64,000 bases of DNA, from contig OZ037765.1 of assembly GCA_964035545.1 (NCBI GenBank), positions 1,116,001 through 1,180,000 of the forward strand, written 5' to 3'. The stretch comes from Bugula neritina (lineage: Eukaryota > Animalia > Bryozoa). The position numbers and the translations under genes are program-made. Under the pieces are notes generated by a model. That model worked only from the letters and a program-made list of their open reading frames with translations. It made no database searches and was not told where the DNA came from. Positions 14,801-28,567 of the stretch are shown one piece after another (the first letter of the stretch is position 1; each line of letters opens with the position of its first letter).

Positions 14801-17800
14801 GCGGGGACGCCCTCTCAGCCCGAGCAGACGGAGCTGGCCAAATGTTTTAGCGAGATGAAGGCCAAGTCGTTCGACTCCCCGCAGACGCCGCGGAAGCTGC
14901 AAGGCAGCAACTGGAAGTCTCTCGGTGACAGCACCGCTGCCAGTAGTCCAGTGTATCACCTGGCCAATGACATCGCAGGTGGAAACACTCATGCTGCCGC
15001 TAGTGGCAGCATGTACCAGCTAGCTGATGAGATCTCTCAAACCAACACCTCAGGTAATGTGCTTAGAAATCTTGATAGATTTTCAAAAGCTGTATACTTG
15101 AGCAGGCTTTTGTGAGCAAGAAATTGTTGAGGCTTGCTGAGTTTACGTAGTAGATGTCGATGTATTAGAATAGTAAGTTATGGGAATTCAAGTGGTCGCT
15201 TTTCAGAATTCTTTGCTTTTGTATATTGTATCTGTATTTTTACAAAGTTTATTAGAGTCAGCCGTGTGTAAGCTTTCTAGAGATGCAGACTTTAGAGAAT
15301 TGGGTACCTTAAACGTTCAGAATACCAGAGACTTGAGTGGAAAATGTGTTTCCTGAAAATCCATTTATTTAAAAAATGAGTTGCTTTTTAGAAACTTGAT
15401 CAGGTTCATATTGTTAGTTTCAGTTTAGGATTTTCGACTGTTTATTTTGTAGAGAAACCTTTGCCGGCCGATACAAAAAGTAAGTCAAAGCAGATTGAGC
15501 TAGACGACCCGTACGCATATGTAGACGTAGGACAACTCCCGCGTCAATACCGGGTTTACTCGGACAGTGCGCCTACGGAGTACAGCTTGCAGGCGGATAT
15601 CAACACCGGTGTGTGGTATATTACAGTCAGTATATAGTCAGTATGTAGTCAGTATATAGTACGCAATGAGTGAGTACGCAGTGAGTGAGTACACAGTGAG
15701 TGAGTACGCAGTGAGTGAGTACGCAGTGAGTGAGTACACAGTGAGTGAGTACGCAGTGAGTGAGTACGCAGTGAGTGAGTACCCAGTGAGTGAGTACGCA
15801 GTGAGTGAGTACCCAGTGAGTGAGTACGCAGTGAGTGAGTACGCAGTGAGTGAGTACGCAGTGAGTGAGTACGCAGTGAGTGAGTACGCAGTGAGTGAGT
15901 ACACAACTAGTCATGTTCCGCAGGTGAGACTGAATATTCCCTCCAAGAAGACGAGGAAGAGGCACTTGAAGCACCTCCAGTGCCTGTCAAGCGCTACGAA
16001 GAACTGAACTCACCTGCCGAGAACTCTGGGAAATCTTTGCTAGGTGGGCGGAGCTTATCGCACCGTGTTACTGTTGTGTTACTATAGAGTAGTACAAGTA
16101 TATTGTATTACTCTTTTGTTTCTGCATCAGTTTATACGATACCCTCTGATTCTCATACCAGGGTTTGTGAATTGAGTTGTGCTCTGTATAGGGACGGTGT
16201 TGAATGGTAGCAGCAAGTTTCCTGGTAGTCCGACTGGTACGGTGACACCCAGCTCTACTCTCAGCTCTCACGGCTCCAGTACAGGCAGCATGCTGTCTGC
16301 TAAGTCATTCACAGCCTCTCTATTCGACAAGATCAAGGTATGTATCATATCAATAACTTCTTTTAAAATCACGTCAAATTTTAAAGCAATACTTTAACTA
16401 CTTATATATTTAAGATTTTAACTTGCCCTTCATAATACATGTTTGTAATACTGTATTGTAATACTGTATTGTGTTATGTTTAGGTCAAGAAGGTAAGAAT
16501 CTGTCCTTTCTTACTTCAACAAAGTGTGGTATTGATTGGCAATTATCTCCCCTACTGCTGTATGGAATATTTCCAGCTTTGTTGCGTCTCAAACTACCTC
16601 TTGCTATGTTATGTAGCATCATCTTTCATGCTATCTCATTAAGTGTAATTTCTTCTCATTGTTTATAGTTGTCTCCCCCGCTAAGCTGTTTTGTTGTAAT
16701 TTAGCTTGCTACAACTTGATTGTTTCTAAACCTGCATTCATTCAGAGTTGTCTTGTTCTGAACCACCCAACCTACTCGAATGTTCCTTAGGCTACGAGAT
16801 AATCACTAGCTGGGGCATAACTCCCACTGCCTGTCAACTAAGCTCCAGTAAATCATAGAAACATCTAAAAATAATCAGAAATTCAGATGCTGGAAGGAAA
16901 CAGAAAATTACTCCTTTCAGCTTTTCAGTTTCATTCAGATTTTATTACCAGAACAACTTGTAGATTTCATGACTAGATGAAGTGGGCACAACTTCTCATT
17001 ACAATCTCCAGTATAGCTCTGTGGAAAACTGGAGAGGTAACGCTATCTGTAAGCATGCGTGAATCACTGATATTTGTGGCCACTTTTAAAGCATTTCCTG
17101 TCCAATCAGGTCACCCGCTTTTTATTGGTTGTTTACGATAAGCTAGCTGCGTCCTATTGCCGTGCTGATGTCTTTCTAAATATTTAGTTCTGTCTGTTTA
17201 TTTATTTTAAGATTATTATTTGATTACTTTCAAGGTGTTCTCGTTACACAGAATGGTAACTCGTAAGCTTGTATATCTTTTCGAAATATAATTTCGAGTT
17301 AAACCAAAGCATCTGTTCTTTTAGCCTTTAATAGGACTATAGACTTTGGCTCTAGTCGGGGCTCTACTTTATACCCCCTCACTTTCTCTGTGTGTAGACT
17401 GAGAGTTGGAGTATTCTTCTCCTTGTTGTGTTATCTCACCTGGTGCCAACTCTGTACTTCAGGTTTATAAGTTTACCTGAAATATAATATAGAATGTATA
17501 TATTAACTGATTAGTTATTTACATGCAGATTTCCCTTGAACCATTCCTGGTAAGTCATATGTACAATCAAGTCTGTCTGAAATTCAATTCTGGGATTTTT
17601 CCCCAAAAGCTTGCGTTTCTTGGTGTCCCATTCCCCATCCCAGTCATTAGTTCATTTGACCGCACAGTTGTATATTGTATACATATAACTGTACACTTCT
17701 TCAAATAAGCTCATATATTACCTAAGACTTCATGGACCAGGAAGTGTAAGCTGTTAGTGTTGTCAGGATATTTGCTTCTAAATTCATGCAAAACTGATGA

Positions 17801-19148
17801 TTTTTTACGAACTTGTAACTTAGTAGAGTGGCAACATGGTAAATGTTCCACTTTGTTGGGAAATATGACTATGTAGTTACTGTACTTACTACTGTAGTTA
17901 CTGTACTGTAGTTACTGTACTGTAGTTACTGTACTGTAGTTACTGTACTGTAGTTACTGTACTGTAGTTACTGTACTGTAGTTACTGTACTGTAGTTACT
18001 GTACTGTAGTTACTGTACTGTAGTTACTGTACTGTAGTTACTGTACTGTAGTTACTGTACTGTAGTTACTGTACTGTAGTTACTGTACTGTAGTTACTGT
18101 ACTGTAGTTACTGTACTGTAGTTACCTGTAGTTACTGTACTGTAGTTACTGTACTGTAGTTACTGTACTGTAGTTACTGCACTGTAGTTACTGCACTGTA
18201 GTTACTGCACTGTAGTTACTGCACTGTAGTTACTGTACTGTAGTTACTGTACTGTAGTTACTGCACTGTAGTTACTGCACTGTAGTTACTGTACTGTAGT
18301 TACTGTACTGTAGTTACTGTACTGTAGTTACTGTACTTACTGTACTGTACTTACTGTACTGTACTTACTACTGTAGTTACTGTACTGTAGTTACTGTACT
18401 GTAGTTACTGTATTGTACTGTAGTTACTGTATTGTACTGTAGTTACTGTACTGTATTGTAGTTACTACTGTAGTTACTGTACTGTAGTTACTGTGTTGTA
18501 CTGTAGTTACTACTGTATTGCACTGTATTACAACAGACGTATGTTAATCTTTTTATCATTATGATACTCATCTTGAGTCATCAACAACAGAGGAAGCTGA
18601 ACTGATATCGGCAGCGTTGAGCGTCAGCAGTATTGTATCATATCCTGTTATGTAATGTTGTTTGTATTTCAGCCGAAAATGAAAACCTCCTCCTGGGCAT
18701 CGTCGTCAGCTTCTAGCAGTGGTGTGAGACGAGGTAGTAACGTTTCTATTGCATCGCCTACTAGTGAGATCATGTTCAAAGGAGTTAACATGGGTGAGAC
18801 AACCACTAATTTATTGCAACATTTCTTCTAGATGTACCATGATACTGTTTTATTACTCTTTCATCTCACATTTCTATAATGCAGTAAATTATTCTATTAG
18901 TTCATACTAAACAAAGTTGCAACAGTGGGACAACTCCAAGCTTCTTCAAACTGTAAAACCCACAAAATCAGTGGAAAACTGAACCCCCCCCCTCCTCTCT
19001 GTAGTTCCCAACTGCTGCAGACTTCAAGCTAAACCATTCGGATTGTGTTTATGTATTGCCCTGCATTGTTGGTTGTTTTGTAGGATTCCCTCATCGCACT
19101 AAGAGAGTCACCCAACCTGGACACGCACAGATACCCCTTAAACGGTAA
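8847..19148 (+). CDS. PTPN12: Non-receptor protein tyrosine phosphatase, PEST family (PTPN12/18/22-like)
   Basis: Exons approx. 8847-8939, 9420-9531, 10204-10270, 11511-11646, 11820-11888, 12609-12817, 13470-13614, 14108-14233, 14315-15053, 15453-15608, 15924-16043, 16192-16337, 18673-18793, 19084-19148. Motifs KNRYKDIIPFD, DYINAN, DFWRMIW, WPDHG, VHCSAGCGRTG (PEST-family P-loop), LVQT. Pro/Ser-rich tail with PPVPVKR and a CTH-like end GFPHRTKR... Confidence 0.9.
10272..10535 (+). repeat. ~23-bp intronic minisatellite directly after a PTP splice donor
   Basis: Unit tttctagtaacttctacatccct, about 11 copies. Confidence 0.95.
13281..13469 (+). repeat. 20-bp intronic minisatellite ending at a PTP splice acceptor
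   Basis: Unit atactgtagtaacatgtgtt, about 9 copies; the last unit supplies the tgtag acceptor. Confidence 0.95.
15660..15905 (+). repeat. 15-bp intronic minisatellite
   Basis: Unit gcagtgagtgagtac, about 16 copies. Confidence 0.95.
17870..18530 (+). repeat. 14-bp intronic minisatellite
   Basis: Unit tactgtactgtagt. Confidence 0.95.
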
Positions 19149-19401
19149 CTTGTCTGCGGTTTACCCCTTCACCACCTCCTCATAGACTGGCTAACTGCAG
19201 ATTACATCTTTATGCGCCACAGTCCTCTACTTTGCAGCTACATTCACTTTAGCTGCAGGACATACTTACTCTATTATTATAATCTGCAGAATTATTCAAC
19301 TATATTCATTGAACTGCTGGCAGTTTGATTTCGAGATGTTCAATATGATTATACCTTCAGCTGATAGGCCTCCGTCATTTAACCTAACAAGCACTCTCAT
19401 A

Positions 19402-19790
19402 CACTGTGACTGGTCACTCAACTGTGTGCTGCGTGATGATTGGCTACTCAACTGTGTGCTCCGTGATGATTAGTCACTCAACTGTGTGCTCCGTGATGAT
19501 TGGTCACTCAACTGTGTGCTCTGTGATGATTGGTCACTCAACTGTGTGCTCTGTGATGATTGGCTACTCAACTATGTGCTCCGTGATGATTGGCTACTCA
19601 ACTGTGTGCTCTGTGATGATTGGCTACTCAACTGTGTGCTCTGTGATGATTGGCTACTCAACTGTGTGCTCTGTGATGATTGGCTACTCAACTGTGTGCT
19701 CTGTGATGATTGGCTACTCAACTGTGTGCTCTGTGATGATTGGCTACTCAACTGTGTGCTCTGTGATGATTGGCTACTCAACTGTGTACT
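19402..19790 (+). repeat. 30-bp minisatellite in the putative PTP 3' UTR
   Basis: Unit actgtgtgctctgtgatgattggctactca, about 13 copies. Confidence 0.95.
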
Positions 19791-22431
19791 TCGCAATAAC
19801 TGATTTGTGGTGCAAATATACAATATAGTATTATGTTGTGCCTGGTTTTCTACGCATCTTTATGTATGTAACAAATTTTCTAGCTTTATATTCTTTTGCA
19901 ACATTTAAAAGCACCGGAGTAAAGAGTAAAAGTTGTTTAAATTATTTTATTCTAGTTTTTTACTTTCCATATTGATTTATTTCTAACGTTCTTGAGAATT
20001 TTGCAGTACAACATCCGAAACAAAACTACTTAAGTAATGAGCATTAAATGTGAGTTTTAAAATTCTGTGTGAAGACAAATTGTATTTTATACTTCTATGC
20101 AATTGCTTTTGACTATCAAACTTTCTTATCCCAGTTCTTGCAAGACAAGTCCAATAATTATGGAATCTGTACTTCATTATATTATTCTAATAGTATTTAG
20201 TTATTAAATTTTGGAATTTTCTCATTTTTAAACTATTTTCAAACAGTACTGCGAGGAAATATAAATTAGTTAGGGCCGATTATTGTGCTTAGTATTTTAT
20301 TTCTGCTCTATAAAACCATTTTTATTTTAATATATTAATTTTATTAGTTGCTACCTAAATTTTCAGATTAATTTAAAATGTAGCTTCAGTTCTGAGTTCA
20401 TAACACAATATAATTGCAATTATATATTTATCTAAAATCTTTCCTTGCATTTAAAAATATATTCTGATATAAAAAGCTTGGGAAATAACTCGATATGTAA
20501 CCACCAGCACATTTTCTTTCCATAAATACTAGGAAAAGTTCTTTAGCCTGAGTGGTGAAAAACAAAGGCCTTGTTTTGTTGGAGCAGAGTCCAAGGGTCT
20601 CCAGTTATTTCACCGTAACCTAGGCAACCTCGTTCTCAAGTAGGAAATGGATTGTTAGATATCTCCTTTACCTGAATAGTGACTATAACATATTGATCAT
20701 ATCGAAGATTGAACACCTTATGTTCTGTATGTTGAAACCTTCGGAATGTGGTGCTCTACATAATATAATAGCTGTGGCATAAATAAAATGTTGAAACAGA
20801 TGTTTACATGTCCACTTCTGAATATTTATTATTGTGTTTATTTATATTTGTGATGACATTAATTAAAAGCACTTTATCTATAATATCAGACTTGATAGCA
20901 TACAGGACTTTTAACATCTCTGGTTTGTAGATATTTATTTTGCTTGTGAGAGAAGTGACTTTTAATTTGTATTATGTTTATAATATTGTGGGTAGTTTAC
21001 AGACTGAGAAGATCGTATAACTTTATTATATAGTACGAAGTCCAAGTATGTTTACGCTGCAAAAAAGAACCAAATATTTAGAGTTGTCAACTGCTGGCTG
21101 ACGAGATGTGTCCTTCAACAGCCTTCGAGTTACTGGCCGAAGTCCTCTTAAATTTTGCATATTACCGAAATTTTAGCTACTGTAATTTCATAACGCAATC
21201 AGTAATAGTTTAGTGTAGCCTACAGAGTTTTGGCAAAATATAAGTGAATTCAAATCATTACATTAATACAATAAAATATTTCCATTGCTTATGCACCGGG
21301 TACATGTCGTCTGCACCAGTGACCGTATTTATAGAGAACATAACTCCGCAAACATAACAGTTGATATGGTAGTGTATCAAAGCATTGATTCAGCTCGATT
21401 ACAGAGACAGTCTATTGATTCACTCACTGGGGTTGATTTGCCTACACAGCTAACAATAGCTCTCTTGTAATGCTAACAATAATTTCCTATAAGATTCACT
21501 TAGCATCAATACAGTATCAATTGATCAATAAAACAAGGTCCTGCATAATGGTAGGTTAGTTTTATTAGAAAATAAAGACATGTTGGACTATAAAAAATGT
21601 AATAAAGACGAATCAGACTGTCCTTTTAGAATATTATAGAAATATTTGACAAGTGCGGGCAGATCTTTGTAGAAATACGCTGTTTACCATTGCATCAAAG
21701 TACACAAAATAATAAAATTTTAAGGTTATAAAAATAGCCCAATAATTAGTACTTCCTGAAAATGTGCAAGCAATGGGCGAAAGAATGTAAAAATACAAGC
21801 AATACAAGACAACTCCGAATATGTGGAAAGTTGGCATCAAATAAATAGCCACAAATAGAGCCAACAAAGAAATGCATACATTATTGGGCTGGAGTTGTTT
21901 ACTCTCTAATAAAAGGTAGCCGCTGATGATATTGAAATTCGAAACTAGCATGAATATAAAGTAAACAGTTTTAATAGAAAGAATATAAAAGGAATAACAA
22001 TAATTATAATAATAATAGTGTATGAATACAAATAGTACAATACAAATGCATTGTTGGCAAATTGAGCAGAGTGAAGCTTATAAAGATGAGCTACATAAAA
22101 GCCAACAAGACGAGGGAGAATGATTGCTCAACCTCTACTCCCTCTATGTACACTGTCCTTATAAAATAATGGTGACTAGCTAACTGCTATGTGTTAAGGA
22201 ATATAACATATAAATAGAATTAGTGATGTACCATAGTATACACGCTAATGAATATGCATGGTAGTTGCACGGGTCTTCCTGCTTCACAGCTGATTACAAT
22301 CTCTCCAAACATCCGCCAACAGCAGCTTGTCTGAGAACCGATCTCTAACCAACACTGACACCCTGTATATAGCCTCAGCTCCACCATGTAACAGATACGT
22401 AGATTTAGCGGCGGCGGGGGGGGGCGTCCCA

Positions 22432-25400
22432 TCACTGCATCATAATACTCCGTAGGTTATCCTGCAGGATGGTATCTTTGGCCGCCTGAAAGACGAACCT
22501 GATGTTTTCCGTGTCGACTGCCGTCGTGAAGTGGTGAAAGAGAGGCTTAGTGCGGTCGCTCTCGTGACACTTCTCGTCAAACATACCGAGTATAAACTTC
22601 TGGACTGTAAAGAGGTCATGTGGATCTCCCTCGAACCCCTCGAAGTAGTCGGCTATGGACACTTTAGCAACTTTCTCTTCGAGCAAGTCAGTTTTATTTA
22701 GGAACAATATGATGGCGACGTTTAGAAAGTTTTTGTTCTTCACGATAGTTTCAAATATTCGCACGGACTCAACAAGTCTGTTCGTCTGTCTGTCCTCCAT
22801 CAACACCTGATCGTACTCGCTGGACGACACCAGAAACAAGATGGCCGTCACACTGTCAAAGCACTGAAACCATTTGGTCCGCTGCGACCTCTGACCTCCA
22901 ACATCCACAAACTTGAACGGGATTTTCTGTATGAGTGTGTCGTACTCTACTATGCCTTTCGTCGCCTTTCTAGCGTGCAGAATGTCTGGTTTGGTGGGAG
23001 AATAACCCTAAAACAAGAGAGGAGGCTACAGTCCACAATGCACTGCTTAGCGGAGGGCAGTGTTTAATGTGTTGCTGCAGAGTGAGTTGATACCAGCATA
23101 TGTAAACAGCTGCAGTGCAGGATGTGCAGTTAATGGCATATTACACCCCCAACTTAATATCAACATGTGTTATTGATATGTGTCACTGTTAGTAGTAGTA
23201 GTAGTACTACTACTACTAGTATTACTACTACTACTAGTATTACTATTACTACTAGTACTGCTACTACTACTACTGCTACTACTACTACTGCTACTACTAG
23301 TACTACTACTACTACTACTGCTACTGCTACTGCTACTACTGCTACTACTACTACTACTACTACTATTACTACTATTACTACTATTACTACTACTACTACT
23401 ACTAACACAGGTCATTCCCGAAAACATATTTCTAGACTACCTATTCTTTCGTAACAACTTGCAGCAGGCTTTAATTTATTGCTCATTAAAATTCCTGGAC
23501 AGGGAATGAAGATGTTACAATAATATTATACACGTATATCTAATGTAGAGTGAAGATAAAATAGTCGAAGACCTAAGTAATAAGCACTGAGACGAGACAG
23601 CGCTTTGTTGGTTGTGATTCCAATGCAGTTGAATTGAATATTACTAGTAGTAGTAGTAGTAGTAGTACTAGTAGTAGTAGTAGTAGTAATAGTACTAGCA
23701 GTACTAGTATATCAAAAAGACTGGTAGAAAACAGTCCCTGTATTTAATGAAAAAACAATTACATGAAAAAACAGGCACATCTAAAAGAATTGTCAAAAGT
23801 TGCAGACTCTTTGGGTTAAATTGAATTCAGACTGACTGTCCACAGTAATATTAGTAACTGGAAGCACATCAAATAAAGTGAATAAAACCAGACAGCTGCA
23901 GAAATTTCAACACACAGAATAAATAATTAGTTGAGCTTCGTTAGCCAACAACAGTAATCTGTTTTTAAGTACTTTGTAACTTAAACAAGTCACTAGTACT
24001 AGTAGTAGTTACTACTAACTAGTACTAGTAGCAGTTACTACTAACTAGTACTAGTAGTAGTTACTACTAACTAGTACTAGTAGCAGTTACTACTAACTAG
24101 TACTAGTAGCAGTTACTACTAACTAGTACTAGTAGCAGTTACTACTAACTAGTACTAGTAGCAGTTACTACTAACTAGTACTAGTAGTAGTAACTACTAA
24201 CTAGTACTAGTTAGTAGTAACTACTAACCAGTACTAGTAGCAGTTACTACTAACTAGTACTAGTAGTAGTTACTACTAACTAGTACTAGTAGCAGTTACT
24301 ACTAACTAGTACTAGTAGCAGTTACTACTAACTAGTACTAGTAGCAGTTACTACTAACTAGTACTAGTAGCAGTTACTACTAACTAGTACTAGTAGTAGT
24401 AACTACTAACTAGTACTAGTTAGTAGTAACTACTAACCAGTACTAGTAGCAGTAACTACTAACTAGTACTAGTAGCAGTTACTACTAACTAGTACTAGTA
24501 GCAGTTACTACTAACTAGTACTAGTAGCAGTTACTACTAACTAGTACTAGTAGTAGTTACTACTAACCAGAAGTTATTAGTATTTAATGAAAACTGCAGA
24601 AGCACATTAAAGCCTTTTCGTACCAATTTTTTGCTTCATCAACTCATCAATGAAGGAAAATGAAGACTTGCTTTCATTAAAAATAGTAATTTTAAATTTT
24701 GCAGCAATGAATTGTTGACTTATTTTTGTTGACATACAGATTTGGAGCCAACCACTACTAGTAACTAGTTATTAGAACTTACTGGTAACTAGTAATCAGT
24801 TACTAGTAATTAGTTACTAGCAACTAATTACTAGCAACTAATACTAGTAGCTAGTAATTAGTTACTACTAACCACACCTGAATAGTAAGGCTAACTAGAG
24901 AAACCGACAAGCATGTAGGTAAAATAAATGTAAATAATAAATAAATAAAACAAATATCTTGAAGGACTTCACCAGAGTAAGATAAGGTGGAGGGAAAAAT
25001 TGGTCAGGCCAACCACATTCAGCCAATCGAAACACACCATCCGACTAATACCAGGAAAAGCTACAATCTCTCCCTTACAATCATAAATTAGCTCACTTCC
25101 CTTTTCTATGTCAGTATCATCACGACATTGCACACCAAGTCATTTACATAAAGCTTAGAGTCAACTAACCTTTTGTTTGATTCGCTGAAGGTCATTGAAG
25201 AAATACCTCACAGAGTCCGTCTGTAAAAGAAATATTCATATCATCTAGTAGAGTTACTAACACAGACTCCATCTACAAGCCTTTGTATTTAGAAAACCCC
25301 TTCTGTATAAACTTTACAGCAAACCATAAACTAGCTATTAAACCAGTTTATTACCTCTCAACAGATCACCACATATAAACATTACATTCTTCAACTTAGT

Positions 25401-27953
25401 AACAGAGCGTACTATAAGCTGGCAGCTTAAACACCAGTCCGTCTCACTGTGAAAATACTAGAACTCGCTAAAATAACTCCGTCATCAGTTACATTAGTTA
25501 GAGTTGGCAAGTGGACCATAAAGTCCAAACTTGTCATGACTCATTTCCATACTAAATATATCATACAGTATTATATAATATAATCCTAGAATCTATTAGC
25601 AAGGATATTGTGAGTCACATCCATGGTGTTGGTACAACATACATTCACTCATGAATTATTCATAACCAACCCCAGTCACGATTCTATATTTTCTGCTAAA
25701 GCTTTCAGTTAGTAATGACTTTAGCATGCAATTCTGAGACTGTACAATCGTACTAAATGGGACCCGTGAGTTTAAACTGTCAGCTACATGTGAAATATTA
25801 ACACTGTGGCCTCTTAAACAAGTATTCGAATGTAACCTACTGCTATGACGTCACGGTACGTGTTAAGAAAATGACTCATAACTATATTTCAACACAACTG
25901 GGTGGACGCAACACGTTTCAAAGGCCTGTAAACAATGCGATAACACGACTATTCTTGTCCAGTAGTAGAACGTGTTTACATTAAAGTTTATCACTAAAAC
26001 TAACAAGAAGTGATAACAGTGAATATTGGGAGTGATGTTAACTGAAGAGTTACTCACTATGTAGATAGTTATCTATATCACTATCACTACGAGTGAATCA
26101 TTCTCTCCATATAATCATTGCTACTATGATAATATTTTCATAGCTTTGACAAAGCTTATTTGCTAAAAATATGCACTCCAGCATATTAAATTTGTGTTAT
26201 CACACTTGACTAGGCATTAAAAATGTAGTTGCAATGTTCAACAACATGACAATTCATACAGAGTAAATAGAAACATGAAATAGTCGTAACAAACTTAGCT
26301 AGTTACACAACTATGTCAACGTTTTGAAATAATTGAGTCAATTATTTATTCTGAATACAAATATATACTTGAAAGTTATTGGGAGAGTTAGTATTGACCA
26401 AAGGTGCATTCACATGGCTAAATTCCAAGCCAACTGACTACCACAGAGTATGGCTGTGTGTGAAAAGTTGACCTTTTAGCATTACATAAGCTCTACAAAC
26501 AACAAGATGCATGGCAGCATCTATATTCTCGAGTGCTGCCATAACATGTGTTGAAAAGGCAAATACCAACTGGTGAATGCACTATTTTATATAATTTAAT
26601 CAGGAACAGTTATGAAAGCTAAAAATGTTCGCCTGCTTTTGGTCAGTAGTTGGACTCAGCGTGTCAGGCCAAGGTCTTATAACTCCTAACATCTCTTACT
26701 TTGAACAAGTTTTAAATAAAACTCCATGATCAATAAGGGGAAATAATTATGAGCCAAAAACTGTCACCAAAAAGAGTTACAAATAGTGAGCTTCTTCCTA
26801 GCACCTGGCCAACCAATTTCAAACAGCTTCAGTTGTTAAAACAATTTCAATTTTTAGCTTACACTAGGGTATTGTTTTGAACTAGTAAATAAGTCTATAA
26901 CGAAAGTATATCTCTCGTCACTATGAAGCTATTCAATTACTACGACTATTAATATTAGCTCACTAGGCCAAGAAACAGGCAATCAGTATCGTCTGCTTTT
27001 CAGTTAAAGTTTGATGTTAAAACTTAAAACCAGTCAATTACATTAGTAGTAGTAGTAGACAGAGTAACCAGATCGAGACCTGAGCTGGGTGAAAATCAGG
27101 CAGTGTGAACTCTAGCAAATGTAACAGGTCAAGTGGCTGCTAAAACCAAACGTACTAATACTTTTATTTTATATTTACAAGTCTTCAAACTGGGCTAGCC
27201 ATTGGCTTACTGAGTGATCATGACTGATTGAAATGATCTACAATGACTATGAGTATGACTTTTACTTTGCCCGTCAAAAAATAATAAAACTAAAGTTTAT
27301 TCACTGTGATTATGGCTTTACCACATACTAGGTAGTAAGAATTAAATAATCATTATCAATTAGCATAATCGTAACGGTAATGAATAGTGATAAAAACATC
27401 ATATTCAAATTCAATGACAATTTGAATATCAATATGAATACGGCAGCGATGTGCAAATTTCTGAACATTTCACTAGGCCTAGCTCAAATATTTACTCACT
27501 TACCAGTTGGTACTCATTTCTTCTATCGAAGGCTGTGAGTATGCCTTTATCCTGCCACAACTCCTCTATCGCATCAGCATATTGAAGGAATGTAAACTCA
27601 TCTAACTCCCTTCCATTAAAGGCATAAACTAGCTGAGCATTTCTTTCATTTTTCACAGGTTCAGAGAATGGAATTCCTAGCTTCGAACGAGCGTCAACTA
27701 ACACTTTCATCCCTTTTACTAGATTCATATAAATAGTCTGTTGGTATTCCAGTAAATGCTCTGGGCTGAAACCATCTCCATGAATGATTTTCATCTGTTT
27801 TAGAAAAGTACTTTTGCCACTTTCACCAGATCCCAGCAAAAGTATTTTCTGTGTCCTTTTATATAGCTGCTTCTCCTTCGACAAAATACTATCTATATGT
27901 TTGCTCTTTAAGAGAGCTTCTCTAGATTCTGAGGACAAGCAACAAAGAAACAT
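22432..27953 (-). CDS. GNA12: Heterotrimeric G protein alpha subunit, G12/13 class (3 coding exons)
   Basis: Exons 27504-27953, 25170-25220, 22432-23007. Motifs [59 protein letters not shown]; C-terminus [14 protein letters not shown] is typical of G12/13; N-terminal CC palmitoylation site. Probably co-orthologous to GNA12 and GNA13. Confidence 0.92.
23190..23405. repeat. (ACT)n degenerate trinucleotide microsatellite
   Basis: Direct reading; explains the spurious poly-T/V/S/L ORFs. Confidence 0.95.
23992..24570. repeat. 26-bp minisatellite with a palindromic actagtactagt core
   Basis: Unit actaactagtactagtagcagttact, about 22 copies. Confidence 0.95.
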
Positions 27954-28567
27954 TTTTCTACAATAAGTTGAAAATAAGAATATTATCTGCCCAAAAGGGC
28001 ATCAGTTACCAACACTGTGAGTTTGTCTTATGATTTATTGAAATAGCCAGATAATTAGGTCGATTAGTAACAACTTTAGTATCGAGTTAAGTGAAGTCAT
28101 TTACTTGCAATTATTCTCGGACTACCACATTCCGTTTGTGAATGCAAGCTACTAGCCGATAACTCCAGCATTTATTTGCACAAGCGGGTCATGTTCAGAC
28201 AACTTGTCGGAGAAAATAACTCTTACTTTTAACGCAGGTATTTATAGTACCGCACCCATGCAGCCACCTCTAGAAGAACGGACCACTTTGATGTTGGTTC
28301 ATCAATATTTCCAGATTACCTGTGGTGACACTTATATTTTTATTTTAAAATTAACCAGTTAATAGCTCACAATAGCACTGCTTGCATGCTAAACACCACT
28401 AGTAACCAATCTTCAACTTGTATCATAGTGAAAATATATTATTATAGTCTGTCATAATGATAGAACTATCTAGATACTAGATACTAGATCATATTGTAAA
28501 AGGGACAAGACACGAGTTGGTTTACAAAAGTTTATTATATTTCTACGAGTACAACAAAGCAGCGAGT

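Noticed and set aside
15666-16007. EYAVS-repeat ORF as part of the PTP
   Set aside because: The intron has an in-frame stop after the donor, and the ORF is out of frame with the next exon
19402-19790. CRISPR-like or snoRNA (TGATGA) array
   Set aside because: Head-to-tail repeats with no unique spacers, eukaryotic context, and no D box partner
21095-21150. Hammerhead ribozyme core (ctgacga)
   Set aside because: No GAAA partner and no supporting stems
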